DNA of 38,264 nt from an uncultured bacterium (GCA_964428805.1 CAYRZF010000006.1:1-38264), one strand, 5' to 3'. Shown: positions 16,350-27,213, counted from the first letter of the stretch. Notes: generated from the letters alone by a model not told the origin. Made by a program: numbers and translations.

Positions 16350-17161
16350 GGCGCCCTGGGTCGAGGATGCCAATGTCTGCCTTCGGTGCCCCCGGCGTCG
16401 CCCAATCAGGCCGGACCAGCCTGGCGGCTCACCGGGGTGGGGCGCTGCTCTGGCCCGAGAACAGCCTGCTGGCCTTCCGGAACGCCATCGCCCTCGGAGC
16501 CGACTTCCTGGAGTTCGATGTTCACCTCAGCAGGGAGGGAGAAGTGGTGGTGATCCACGATGCGACACTCCCGCGGACCACCACGGGGGTGGGCGCAGTG
16601 CAGGACCTGATGCTCGCCGAGCTCCGGGCGCTCTCCCTCAAGGACAAGGACGGGAAAGTCACGGAGGAGGTACTGCCGAGCCTGGAAGAGGTGGTGGCGC
16701 TCGCCGCGGCGACCCCGGTTGGGCTCCTCCTCGAGATAAAGGTGGATGCGCGCCGCGCGCGGTACCCGGGCATCGAGGAGAAGGTGTTTGCGATTCTCGA
16801 CCGGCACGGAGTGACCATGCGCGCCATCGTCATGTCGTTCGATCCCGAAACGGTTCGTCACGTCCGCCAGCTTCGTCCGGAAGTTCGAGCGGGCGCGCTC
16901 TACTCTCCCCGAACCCTGAGGCAGACGCGCTCGAGCGTCGGATCGGCGATCAACGAGCTGTGGAAATACGGAGGCCGCTTCGTGGGCCTCCAGCAATCGC
17001 TCGTGACTGCTGAGAGTCTGAAACTGGCGAGGGGGAAGGGCCTCCTCCTGGGGGCGTGGACCGTCAACGAGGCGGAGCCCATGCGCCGATTCATCGAGCT
17101 GGGGGTGGGGGTCCTGATCACGGATCGGCCGGACCTGGCCAAAGAGCTGCTCACAGGGTAG
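16346..17161 (+). CDS. Glycerophosphodiester phosphodiesterase (GlpQ/UgpQ family)
   Basis: AHRGG..PENSL.AF, EFDVH, VVIHD, EIK, WTVN, ITDRP; start uncertain (TTG16346 or ATG16367/16373). Confidence 0.9.
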   Translation: MRRPGSRMPMSAFGAPGVAQSGRTSLAAHRGGALLWPENSLLAFRNAIALGADFLEFDVHLSREGEVVVIHDATLPRTTTGVGAVQDLMLAELRALSLKDKDGKVTEEVLPSLEEVVALAAATPVGLLLEIKVDARRARYPGIEEKVFAILDRHGVTMRAIVMSFDPETVRHVRQLRPEVRAGALYSPRTLRQTRSSVGSAINELWKYGGRFVGLQQSLVTAESLKLARGKGLLLGAWTVNEAEPMRRFIELGVGVLITDRPDLAKELLTG

Positions 17162-17257
17162 CGGGGACGCGCATGGGGGGGATGTTCGGCTAGTTTGTGC
17201 GAGACTGACAGTCGGGAGGGCCGAAGAATCCCTTTAGGATTAATGAGTTTCCGCCAC

Positions 17258-17286
17258 TTGTCTTTGGTGGTGAGGTGTGATAGTTT
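17258..17286 (+). promoter_or_regulatory. sigma70-type promoter of atpZIBE
   Basis: TTGTCT-17 nt-TAGTTT with extended TGn; ATG17297 only 10 nt downstream. Confidence 0.5.
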
Positions 17287-17296
17287 TCCTGTTCAC

Positions 17297-17524
17297 ATGG
17301 TAGAGCCGTCCCCCTGGCGGGGCCTCGGCGTTGTGGGCAGTGCCGGGATCACCTTGGTAGTGGCGACGGCTGGCGGGGCCGTTCTTGGATATTTCCTGGA
17401 CCGTTGGCTTGGAAGCTCGCCGTGGCTTACCCTGATCGGGCTCGGCCTCGGAATTGTCGTGGGGTTCAGAGAGCTCATTCGAACGATCAAGGCCGCGGAG
17501 CGTGAGGAGCGGAATGGACCGTGA
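17297..17524 (+). CDS. atpZ: AtpZ/AtpI family ATP synthase accessory protein
   Basis: GYFLDRWLGSSPW..GL.LG motif, two TM, first gene of the Fo cluster. Confidence 0.85.
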   Translation: MVEPSPWRGLGVVGSAGITLVVATAGGAVLGYFLDRWLGSSPWLTLIGLGLGIVVGFRELIRTIKAAEREERNGP

Positions 17525-17882
17525 CCTGGTAGGGCGCGTGACGGGCGCTGGCGCGCTGGCGCTCATCCCGATCGCGGGAGCCGCCTTCTATCTCGCCGAC
17601 GTTCCAGGGCTCCTCGGCGTGCTCGCGGGAGGTGGTCTGGCGCTCGGGAACTTCGGCTGGTTGAGCACGGGGAGCCGACGAGCGCTCGCGCTCTTCAGCG
17701 CCCGACGCGTTCATCCGCTGTGGCTCCTGAGTCTCGGGCTTCGGCACCTGGTCCTGTTCGCGGCGCTCGGGATTCTCCTCTGGAGCGGGCACGTCCACCC
17801 TCTGGGGGTGCTCGTCGGCCTCTCGGTGCTCCCGCCGGTCCTCATCGCCCAGGGGCTTCGCGCGGTCGCGCGAAATCCGTAA
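17514..17882 (+). CDS. atpI: ATP synthase protein I
   Basis: Four hydrophobic segments, G..LALGNF.WL, position before atpB, GAGGAG SD. Confidence 0.75.
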   Translation: MDRDLVGRVTGAGALALIPIAGAAFYLADVPGLLGVLAGGGLALGNFGWLSTGSRRALALFSARRVHPLWLLSLGLRHLVLFAALGILLWSGHVHPLGVLVGLSVLPPVLIAQGLRAVARNP

Positions 17883-17886
17883 GCCG

Positions 17887-18633
17887 ATGGAAGCGATCGA
17901 GCATCCGCCGCTCTTCGCGGTCCCCGGAATCCCGAACCATCTCACTTACACCTGGATCGCGATGGCCATCCTCATCACGATCAGCCTCCTCGCCTCCCGT
18001 CACCTCCAGCTCGTCCCGACAGGGCTCCAGAACTTCATGGAGGTCGTGCTGGAGCAGTTCCTGACGCTCCTGGATGACGTGGTCGGCCCCGAGGGCCGGC
18101 GGTACCTCCCCCTCATCGCGACGCTGGGCCTGTTCATCCTCACCTCCAATCTGCTGGGGCTCGTGCCTGGGCTCATCGCGCCCACCTCGAACCTCAACAC
18201 CACGGCCGCGTGCGCGCTGATCGTCTTTTTCACCTACCATTGGATCGGGATCCGGAAACAGGGACTCGGACGGTACCTCAGGCACCTCTGCGGCCCAGTC
18301 TGGTGGCTGGCGCCGCTCATGTTCATCGTGGAAATTTTCAGCCACCTGGCGCGACCGCTCTCGCTCGCGCTCCGGCTCTTCGGCAACATGACCGGCGGCC
18401 ACATCCTGCTTGCGGTCATCTTTACCCTCACGCTCGGGATGGCGGGGTGGGTCGCGTCGGGAACACTTCCGGGCCTGCTGATCGGCCTGCCCGGGAGCGT
18501 TCTGCTGATCGTGTTCACCACGGGCTTCCTGCTCCCGCTCAAGATTCTGGTGGCCTTTCTGCAGGCCTTCATCTTCTGCATGCTCTCGATGCTGTACATC
18601 GCCGGGGCCGTCGAGGAGGCTGAGCACCATTGA
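17887..18633 (+). CDS. atpB: F0F1 ATP synthase subunit a
   Basis: PTGLQN, NLLGLVPG..APT, ARPLSLALRLFGNM, LQAFIF..L...YI. Confidence 0.95.
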   Translation: MEAIEHPPLFAVPGIPNHLTYTWIAMAILITISLLASRHLQLVPTGLQNFMEVVLEQFLTLLDDVVGPEGRRYLPLIATLGLFILTSNLLGLVPGLIAPTSNLNTTAACALIVFFTYHWIGIRKQGLGRYLRHLCGPVWWLAPLMFIVEIFSHLARPLSLALRLFGNMTGGHILLAVIFTLTLGMAGWVASGTLPGLLIGLPGSVLLIVFTTGFLLPLKILVAFLQAFIFCMLSMLYIAGAVEEAEHH

Positions 18634-18682
18634 GCCAATCATGCATCTCGGGGCTGTGAAGCGACGAAAAGGAGGACATATC

Positions 18683-19015
18683 GTGCGACGCGTTTTCGTT
18701 CTCACGCTACTGGCTGTCCAGGCAGTGTTCGTGTTGCCGAGCGGGGTGTGGGCCGCCGAGGCCGGAGCGCCGGGAGGTTGGATCGGTCCCTTTGCGGTGA
18801 TCGCGGCAGGGATCGGGATGGCGATCGCCTCCGGCCTGTGTGCGCTCGGGCAGGGACGGGCCACCGCGAGCGCGGTGGACGCCATGGCGCGCCAGCCGGG
18901 CGCCGCAGGGCGGATCCAGACGGCCATGATCATCGGCTTAGCCCTGATTGAGTCCCTGGCCCTGTACGTCTTCGTCATCGCCGCGATCCTGCTCTTCGTG
19001 CAGCCGGTGAAGTAG
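18683..19015 (+). CDS. atpE: F0F1 ATP synthase subunit c with N-terminal extension
   Basis: GQG..A.., ARQP loop, IESLALY; GTG start 7 nt after AGGAGG. Confidence 0.95.
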   Translation: MRRVFVLTLLAVQAVFVLPSGVWAAEAGAPGGWIGPFAVIAAGIGMAIASGLCALGQGRATASAVDAMARQPGAAGRIQTAMIIGLALIESLALYVFVIAAILLFVQPVK

Positions 19016-19079
19016 GTTCGCTGCGGGGGTGGGCCCCCGAAGGGGAGGGGGCCAGGCGCCCCCGCCTGAAACGGTGGGT

Positions 19080-19730
19080 ATGAGACCTCGGTCGAGCTTC
19101 AAGATGCCCAAGATCCCCGAGATGACGATTCGTCGTCTCTCGGTGTACACGCGCTGTCTGCTCCAACTGGAGGAGGACGGGGTCAAGACCATCTCCTCCG
19201 AGGAACTGGCGGAGCGCTTCAATCTCAACTCCGCGCAGGTGCGGAAGGACCTCGCCTACTTCGGCGAGTTCGGCGTGCGTGGCACCGGGTATTACGTGTC
19301 TGGGCTGAAGGCCGAGTTGCAGAAGATCCTGGGACTCGATCGCGAGTGGCAAGTGGCGCTGGTCGGGTTCGGAAACCTCGGGTCGGCTCTCTTCAACTAC
19401 AAAGGGTTCATGCGCCAGGGGTTCCGGATCTCGGTGATCTTCGATGACGATCCGCAGAAAGCCGGGCGGACCGTGGAGAGCGTTCCGATCCTCCCTCTGC
19501 GGGAGCTCGTTCACGAGGCCAAAGGGCGGAGCTTCCAGATCGGGATCGTGGCCGTGCCGGCGGAGGCTGCGCAGACCGTCGCGGATCAGCTCGTCGCGGC
19601 GGGCATCAAGGCCATCCTGAACTTTGCCCCGGCCCGACTCAAGGTGCCGAAGGACGTGCGCCTGCAAGTCGTGGACCTCTCGATCGAGCTGGAGACGCTC
19701 TCCTTTTATCTTGCTCAAGTGACCCGCTGA
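19080..19730 (+). CDS. rex: Redox-sensing transcriptional repressor Rex
   Basis: TIRRLSVY, SAQVRKDLAYFGEFGVRGTGY, VGFGNLG, ILNFAP; start at 19080 or 19104. Confidence 0.95.
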   Translation: MRPRSSFKMPKIPEMTIRRLSVYTRCLLQLEEDGVKTISSEELAERFNLNSAQVRKDLAYFGEFGVRGTGYYVSGLKAELQKILGLDREWQVALVGFGNLGSALFNYKGFMRQGFRISVIFDDDPQKAGRTVESVPILPLRELVHEAKGRSFQIGIVAVPAEAAQTVADQLVAAGIKAILNFAPARLKVPKDVRLQVVDLSIELETLSFYLAQVTR

Positions 19731-19773
19731 TCCGGACCGTTTGACGCCTCCTCTTTCCGATGGTATTGGATTC

Positions 19774-22700
19774 ATGTCGTTCATGATCGTGCCGGTCCAA
19801 CCCTTCCTGCTCACCCAGTGGGCCCCGTTTCAGGCGCTCTCGGGGGCCTTCGCCAAGGGAGATCCCCGCCTTTCCGTGGACGGCCTCTGGGGGTCGTCGC
19901 GCGCCATGGTTGTGTCGGCGCTCCTTCGGGAAGTCAACCGTCCCGCCCTGGTCCTGGTCCCGGACCTGCCCGCGCTCCACCGGATGTGCCAGGATCTCCG
20001 GTTCTTCGAGGCCACCCTGCCGGGTTCGCCTCGGCGCGCTCAGGAATTTCCTCCGAGCCAGCCGACATTCTGGCGCGGGGGGCGACAGCGTGAGACTGAG
20101 GGTGAGCGCGCGTGGGTCTGCCACCGCCTGCGGCGCGGAGAGCCGCTCACAGTGGTCACGACCCCGGCGGCTCTGGCCTCCCCCTTGCTGCCTCCCGAGG
20201 AATTCGGCCGCCTCGCGTTCGCCCTCAACGTGGGACAGGAGCTGGCGCGAGATGGCCTCCTGGAGCGGCTGGCGACCTCGGGGTATGAGCGGGCGGAAAC
20301 GGTCGTGGAGGTCGGGCAGTGGAGCCGACGCGGCGGGATCGTGGACATCTTCTCACCCGTACGGGAGCGACCGGTTCGCGTCGAATTCTTCGGTGATGAG
20401 ATCGAATCACTCCGTCTCTTCGATCCCACCTCCCAGCGAACGGTCGAAACGATCCAGTCCTTCGAGGTCCTCCCGCTGACGCTCGGGGGAGAGGCGGGCG
20501 CCGCGCTCCTCTCCTATTTCCCGGCGGAGGCCCCGGTGATCCTGGATGGTTCGGCTCTCCTGGAAGCCCCGCCGGACGATGCGCCGTCGCCGATTCCGCT
20601 CGGTGAGCTGTTGAAGGGGCGCCAGCGGATTGAGCTCGGGCTCCTGGCGGCGACGCCGCCCGGTCCGGAGTCCGGGCGCTTCACTCTGGAGACGCGATCG
20701 GTGGGGAGTTTTCGGGGACAGTTCCGCCAGCTGGCCGGCGAGCTTGGCCGGTGGTTGGCCGAAGGGTTCAGGGTCCGCCTCATCTGCCAGGACGAGGCTC
20801 AGGCCCGCCGCCTGAAGCAGATCCTCTTCGAGCACGGGTTCGAGGCGCTCGAAGGCGCGTCGCTCGCGGGACCGGAGGGGCTTGGGATCCTCGCCGGCGA
20901 GTGCGCCCAGGGGTTCTCCATTCCCGCACTCGGGATCGTCATCCTGACGGAGGAGGAGCTCTTCGGCGCCCGGCGGCGGACCCTGCGCCGGCCGCGCTAC
21001 CAGCGCGGGGCCGCCCTCACCGCCTTCACCGACCTTGTCGCGGGCGACCTCGTCGTCCACGAGGAGCACGGGATCGGCCGCTACCTGGGTCTGAAAACGC
21101 TGTCCGTGGATGGGCGACAGGGGGATTTTCTCCTCCTGGAGTATGCCGAGGGGAACCGTCTCTACCTCCCCGTGGAGCGGTTGGGCGTGATCTCCAAGTA
21201 CCTGGGGAGCGATGGCGCTGGGGTGAGCCTCGACCGGTTGGGCGGCAGCTCCTGGCAACGGGTCAAGGAATCGGTGCGCGCGGCGCTCCGCCAGATGGCG
21301 GAGGAGCTCCTCCAACTCTACGCGGCCCGCTCGGTCCTGGAGGGGCACGCCTTCGGGGAGGATACCCCCTGGCAGCGGGAGTTCGATGCGGCGTTTCGCT
21401 TCGAGGAGACCCCCGATCAGCTTCGCGCCATCGAGGAGGTCAAAGCCGACATGGAGCGACCTCGCCCCATGGACCGGCTGGTGGCCGGGGACGTGGGGTA
21501 CGGCAAGACCGAAGTCGCTCTCCGGGCTGCCTTCAAGACCGCGATGGATGGCAAGCAAGTAGCCCTCCTGGTGCCCACCACCATCCTGGCCCAGCAGCAC
21601 TGGGGGACCTTCGCGGAGCGCTTTGCGCCGTTCCCCGTCCGGGTGGAACTGCTGTCGCGCTTTCGATCACCCAGGGAGCAGAAAGCGGTGGTGGGCGGGC
21701 TTCGCCAAGGCACGGTGGATGTGGTGATCGGAACCCATCGTCTCCTCTCGAGGGACGTGGCCTTCCGGGACCTGGGGCTTCTCATCGTGGATGAAGAGCA
21801 CCGCTTCGGGGTGGCGCACAAGGAGCGGATCAAGCAGCTTCGAAAATCGGTGGACGTTCTCACCCTGACGGCGACCCCCATCCCGCGCACGCTCTACATG
21901 TCCCTGTCGGGGGTTCGGGATCTCTCGATCATCGAGACGCCCCCCCCGGAACGCCTCCCTGTGGAAACCGTCGTCGCCCCTTTCAGCCGAACGCTGATCC
22001 GGGAAGCCATCGAGCAGGAGGTGGCCCGCGGCGGCCAGGTCTTCTTCGTCCACAACCGGATCCAGTCACTCGCGTCTATGACGGCGTTCGTTCAGCGGTT
22101 GGTGCCGCGGGCCCGTGTGGTGATGGCCCACGGCCAGATGCGGGAAAAGGCCCTGGAGGGGGCCATGCTGCGATTCGTGGGCGGTCAGGCCGACGTCCTC
22201 GTCTCCACGGCCATCGTCGAGTCGGGCCTCGATATTCCCGCCTCGAACACCATCGTTGTGAACCGGGCGGATCGCTTCGGCCTCGCCCAGCTCTACCAGC
22301 TGCGCGGGCGCGTGGGGCGGGAGCGCCAGCAAGCGTACGCCTACCTGTTGATCCCTGCCGACGGCCGGATCGACGAGACGGCGCAGAAGCGCCTGCGGGT
22401 CATCCAGGAGCTCACCGAGCTGGGCTCCGGCTTGAGGCTGGCGCTTCGGGATCTGGAGATCCGGGGGTCGGGGAATCTGCTGGGCGCCGAGCAGCACGGC
22501 CACATCGCGGCGGTCGGCTTCGATCTGTATTCGAAGCTACTGGCCGAGGCCGTGAGAGAATTGAGGGGAGCTCCTGCGGAGGAGGCTCCGGAGCCGGTGG
22601 TGACCGTGGAGGTCGAAGCACTGCTGCCCGAGACCTACGTGCCCGAGGTGAGCCAGCGGCTGGCCCTCTACAAGCGGCTCGCCGGGATCACGCGCGCTGA

Positions 22701-23022
22701 GGAGATCGCGGATGCCCGCTCGGAGTTGCGGGACCGCTTCGGTCCGCTCCCCCCTCCGGCCGCCCGGCTCCTGGAGGTCGTGGAGATCCGGACCGCGGCG
22801 CGTGCGCTGGGCATCGAGCGGGTGGAGGCGGTGGGGAGCCGGGTCCTTCTGACCTTCTCGCCGGCGACGCCGGTTTCCCCCGAGGGGCTGCTCCGTGCTA
22901 TCCGCGCCGAGCCCGGACGGCTCCGCTTAAAGAAAGAGTTCGTCGTCGAGGCCACGCTCCCCGAGGGGCCGTGGCCGGTGGTTCGGCAGGCCCTGGAGAC
23001 GCTTCTGGAAACGTTTCGATGA
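19774..23022 (+). CDS. mfd: Transcription-repair coupling factor
   Basis: RGGIVDIF, GDLVVHEEHGIG (CarD-like), GDVGYGKT, DEEH, TATPIPRT, QLRGRVGR, TRCF C-terminus; exact start uncertain. Confidence 0.95.
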   Translation: MSFMIVPVQPFLLTQWAPFQALSGAFAKGDPRLSVDGLWGSSRAMVVSALLREVNRPALVLVPDLPALHRMCQDLRFFEATLPGSPRRAQEFPPSQPTFWRGGRQRETEGERAWVCHRLRRGEPLTVVTTPAALASPLLPPEEFGRLAFALNVGQELARDGLLERLATSGYERAETVVEVGQWSRRGGIVDIFSPVRERPVRVEFFGDEIESLRLFDPTSQRTVETIQSFEVLPLTLGGEAGAALLSYFPAEAPVILDGSALLEAPPDDAPSPIPLGELLKGRQRIELGLLAATPPGPESGRFTLETRSVGSFRGQFRQLAGELGRWLAEGFRVRLICQDEAQARRLKQILFEHGFEALEGASLAGPEGLGILAGECAQGFSIPALGIVILTEEELFGARRRTLRRPRYQRGAALTAFTDLVAGDLVVHEEHGIGRYLGLKTLSVDGRQGDFLLLEYAEGNRLYLPVERLGVISKYLGSDGAGVSLDRLGGSSWQRVKESVRAALRQMAEELLQLYAARSVLEGHAFGEDTPWQREFDAAFRFEETPDQLRAIEEVKADMERPRPMDRLVAGDVGYGKTEVALRAAFKTAMDGKQVALLVPTTILAQQHWGTFAERFAPFPVRVELLSRFRSPREQKAVVGGLRQGTVDVVIGTHRLLSRDVAFRDLGLLIVDEEHRFGVAHKERIKQLRKSVDVLTLTATPIPRTLYMSLSGVRDLSIIETPPPERLPVETVVAPFSRTLIREAIEQEVARGGQVFFVHNRIQSLASMTAFVQRLVPRARVVMAHGQMREKALEGAMLRFVGGQADVLVSTAIVESGLDIPASNTIVVNRADRFGLAQLYQLRGRVGRERQQAYAYLLIPADGRIDETAQKRLRVIQELTELGSGLRLALRDLEIRGSGNLLGAEQHGHIAAVGFDLYSKLLAEAVRELRGAPAEEAPEPVVTVEVEALLPETYVPEVSQRLALYKRLAGITRAEEIADARSELRDRFGPLPPPAARLLEVVEIRTAARALGIERVEAVGSRVLLTFSPATPVSPEGLLRAIRAEPGRLRLKKEFVVEATLPEGPWPVVRQALETLLETFR

Positions 23023-24155
23023 AGGCCTATCGCGAGGCTTCCGGCATACCGCTCCACCTGCTTCTGGCATCCTTGGTCGCCGGGGGGTGCGGCTGGCTGT
23101 CCACGGAGAAGCCCGTTCCCGCCGGGCCCATCTCGGAGGCCGTCCGCGAGGCCCAGGCGAAGGCGCAGGCCGCCGAGGCGCCCGCCCACGTACCCACGCC
23201 TCCGGCGGGGGTACCCGGCGCGGGTACCCGGAACGCAGCGCCGGTTGGCCACGCGGATGCTCTCGACGTCGTGGACCGCGTGATCGCCGTGGTCAACAAC
23301 GACGCGATCACTCTGAGCGAGCTGCAGGATGGGCTGGCCTACTACCTGTACGAGTCCAAGCAAACGGTGAAGCCCGAGCAGGAGGCGGAGCTCAAACAGC
23401 GGCTGCTGAGCCGGCTGATCGAGAGTCGGCTTCAGCTCCAGGAGGCCAGCCGGGAGCAGGTCAGCGTGGAGGACGCGGAGCTCAACGAGCAATTGGCCGA
23501 CCTGATGAAGCGGTTCGACGCCAAGACCCAGGACGAGTTCGAGACGCTACTCAAGGCCCAGGGGCTGACGCTGGCCGGGATCAAGAAACGGCTCCGGGAA
23601 CAGGTGATGATTCAAAGGGTGATCCAGCGGAAGGTCCAATTTCGGGTGTCGGTGACTGAGGAGGAGATCGAGGGGTATTTGCTCGAGAACCGGGAAAAGC
23701 TGGAAACCGGGCTCCCCTATCGTGCCCGACACATTCTCATCACGCCAACCCCCCCGGGGGACGAGGCGGCGTGGGAAGCCGCCGGGGCCCGGGCCGAGGA
23801 GGTTTGGGCCAGGGTTCGTGCGGGCGAGGATTTCGGGGAGCTCGCCGCGCGCCATTCCCAGGATCCGACGGCGAAGGAGGGGGGCGACCTCGGGGAGTTG
23901 AAGCAGGGAGAACTGGCCACCGACCTCGAGGGCCAGATCCTCCGGTTACGGGCGGGGGAAGCGTCCGCCCCATACCGCTCCAGGTTGGGCGTTCATATCT
24001 TCAAGCTCGAGTGGAGGGAGAGCCTCTCCGGCGAGGCCTTGGCGCAGGCCAAGCGACAGATTCGGGAGATCCTCTTTCGGCAGAAGTATGCCGCCCGTCT
24101 GTCGGCTTGGCTCGAGGAGATTAAGAAGCGCGCGATCATTGACGTTCGCCTGTGA
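23019..24155 (+). CDS. SurA/PrsA-like peptidyl-prolyl isomerase, predicted lipoprotein
   Basis: ATG overlaps mfd stop; hydrophobic signal ending VAGGC; VDRVIAVVNNDAIT SurA N-domain; ARHILI, GEDFGELA..HS.D, GGDLG rotamase. Confidence 0.85.
   Translation: MKAYREASGIPLHLLLASLVAGGCGWLSTEKPVPAGPISEAVREAQAKAQAAEAPAHVPTPPAGVPGAGTRNAAPVGHADALDVVDRVIAVVNNDAITLSELQDGLAYYLYESKQTVKPEQEAELKQRLLSRLIESRLQLQEASREQVSVEDAELNEQLADLMKRFDAKTQDEFETLLKAQGLTLAGIKKRLREQVMIQRVIQRKVQFRVSVTEEEIEGYLLENREKLETGLPYRARHILITPTPPGDEAAWEAAGARAEEVWARVRAGEDFGELAARHSQDPTAKEGGDLGELKQGELATDLEGQILRLRAGEASAPYRSRLGVHIFKLEWRESLSGEALAQAKRQIREILFRQKYAARLSAWLEEIKKRAIIDVRL
23190..23231 (+). repeat. Family-2 hairpin element inside the SurA linker
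   Basis: GTACCCACGCC-TCC-GGCGGGGGTAC-CCGG then CGCGGGTACCCGG. Confidence 0.7.
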
Positions 24156-24350
24156 GAAAAAAGTTGACAAGCTTCTCGGGCCTGAGCGAAAATATGCTCG
24201 GAACATTCGAAGTGCCTCGCGAACAGATCAGAACCCTCCGGTGGGGAGAATCTCGCTGAGCAGTTCTTGAACGAGTCTCACAGGGGGCTTCTGGAAGGCC
24301 GAACTAGGTTTCCCCCCGCCGTTCGGCGGGATCCCAACGAGGAGCATTCG

Positions 24351-24440
24351 ATGATCGCCCGCCCTAACGGAGTTGACGCAAGTACACGCGGCAGGCATTT
24401 CCCGCTAGTCTCAGCGAGGCTTCTAGGCCAGGAGGCATGA
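24351..24440 (+). other. Candidate 29-aa rho leader peptide (uORF)
   Basis: GAGGAG 6 nt before ATG24351; [29 protein letters not shown]; the stop lies between the rho SD and rho start. Confidence 0.35.
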
Positions 24441-24442
24441 GG

Positions 24443-25696
<1,254 letters not shown>

Positions 25697-25733
25697 CCGG
25701 GCGGCCCGGTCCCGTTATACCCCCCCCAATTCC

Positions 25734-25762
25734 TTGCTTTTTTCCCACCTCACTGGTATGCT
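25734..25762 (+). promoter_or_regulatory. sigma70-type promoter of rpmE
   Basis: TTGCTT-17 nt-TATGCT with extended TG; SD GAGGAGG downstream. Confidence 0.6.
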
Positions 25763-25786
25763 GTGATCTTTACGAGGAGGTGCGCC

Positions 25787-26002
25787 GTGAAGGCAGGCAT
25801 TCATCCTGAGTACGTCGAGACTACGATCACCTGCGCCTGTGGGGAGGTCATCCACACCCGTTCCACCCGTCCCCAGATCCGGGTGGAGGTGTGCTCCAAG
25901 TGCCACCCCTTCTTTACCGGGAAGCAAAAGCTGGTGGACACGGCCGGCCGGATCGAGCGCTTCCAGCGGAAGTACAAGAGGCAAACCGGTACAGAGGGGT
26001 AA
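25787..26002 (+). CDS. rpmE: 50S ribosomal protein L31 (Zn-binding type)
   Basis: [28 protein letters not shown]; GTG start after AGGAGG. Confidence 0.95.
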   Translation: MKAGIHPEYVETTITCACGEVIHTRSTRPQIRVEVCSKCHPFFTGKQKLVDTAGRIERFQRKYKRQTGTEG

Positions 26003-26142
26003 GGTCCGGTCCGGCGGCTCGCGGCTTGCCGGGTCGGGGAGGGTGTCGGTCCTGGACATCCGTCCCTCGGCGTCTCTCGAAAACGAAAGCTCCCCTCCCG
26101 CCTTTCGCGTTCCCCGCCCGCGATTCCTCATGAGGGTCCAGC

Positions 26143-27213
26143 GTGTTTGACAGGTTGCGCCAGATCGAGGAGCGATATCAGGAACTCTCCCGCCTGCTCG
26201 CCGACCCGCAGGTGATCGGGCAGCCTGCGGAGTACGCCCGCCACGCCAAGGCCGCGAGCGACTTGAGCCTCGTCGTCGAGCGCTTCGACGAGTACAAGGC
26301 GGTGCTTGCGCGGATCAGCGAAGCGCGTCACATCCTGGCTGAGGAGGGCGATCGGGAGCTCCGGGAACTCGCCCAGTCAGAGCTGGTGGAGCTCAGCGCG
26401 CGGCAGGCCGCCCTGGAGGAGGAGCTCCGGCGGCTCCTGACGCCCCGGGACCCCAACGACGACCGGAACGTCTTCGTCGAGGTCCGGGCTGGCGCCGGAG
26501 GCGACGAGGCGGGGCTGTTCGCCGCCGACCTGGCCCGCATGTACGTGAAATACGCCGAGCGCCAGGGATGGAAGGTGGAAACCGTCGATCGCCACCCCAC
26601 CGGCGTGGGCGGGTTCAAAGAGGTGATCCTGTTCCTCCAGGGGAAGGGCGCCTGGAGCCGCCTCAAGTTCGAGCGGGGGGTCCACCGCGTTCAGCGCGTG
26701 CCGGTCACCGAGTCAGCGGGCCGCATCCACACCTCGACGGTGACCGTGGCGGTTCTGCCCGAAGCCGAGGACGTGGAGGTCAAGGTCAGCGAGCAGGACC
26801 TCCGGGTGGACGTGTACCGGTCCTCCGGGCCCGGCGGGCAGGGGGTGAACACGACGGACTCGGCGGTGAGGATCACCCACATCCCCACCGGGCTCGTGGT
26901 GACCTGCCAGGATGAGCGTTCCCAGATCAAGAACCGGGCCAAGGCGCTGCGGGTACTCAAGGCTCGACTGCTCGAGCGCGCCCAGGAAGACCAGCGTGCC
27001 CAGATCGCCGCGGATCGGCGCAGTCAGGTGGGAACCGGGGAGCGGAGCGAGAGAATCCGCACCTACAATTTCCCGCAGGGGCGGGTCACCGATCATCGGA
27101 TCAGCCTCACCCTCCACAAGCTGCCCGTGGTGCTGGCGGGTGAGCTGGACGAGCTGATCGATGCGCTCGTGGCGTCGGACCAGGCCGAACGCATGGCGCA
27201 GACGCCAACGTGA
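26143..27213 (+). CDS. prfA: Peptide chain release factor 1
   Basis: PVT (PxT) anticodon-mimic motif, [20 protein letters not shown]. Confidence 0.97.
   Translation: MFDRLRQIEERYQELSRLLADPQVIGQPAEYARHAKAASDLSLVVERFDEYKAVLARISEARHILAEEGDRELRELAQSELVELSARQAALEEELRRLLTPRDPNDDRNVFVEVRAGAGGDEAGLFAADLARMYVKYAERQGWKVETVDRHPTGVGGFKEVILFLQGKGAWSRLKFERGVHRVQRVPVTESAGRIHTSTVTVAVLPEAEDVEVKVSEQDLRVDVYRSSGPGGQGVNTTDSAVRITHIPTGLVVTCQDERSQIKNRAKALRVLKARLLERAQEDQRAQIAADRRSQVGTGERSERIRTYNFPQGRVTDHRISLTLHKLPVVLAGELDELIDALVASDQAERMAQTPT

Noticed and set aside
16761-16770. GGTACCCGG in the GDPD gene as a family-2 element
   Set aside because: No upstream ACCC stem; it encodes an ordinary RYPG segment.
17276-17297. 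TGTGA...TCACA as a Rex or CRP operator
   Set aside because: Half-sites are 12 nt apart instead of 6; the correctly spaced alternative matches the consensus poorly.
19016-19079. GC hairpins between atpE and rex as a terminator or repeat copy
   Set aside because: No U-tract and no clear match to the other repeat families.
24240-24420. 6S RNA or other known ncRNA in the rho leader
   Set aside because: Only a short terminal helix is evident; I could not recognise the extended rod or conserved 6S motifs.
26003-26142. Hairpins between rpmE and prfA as a terminator or ncRNA
   Set aside because: Imperfect GC stems without a U-tract; cannot be told apart from chance at this GC content.
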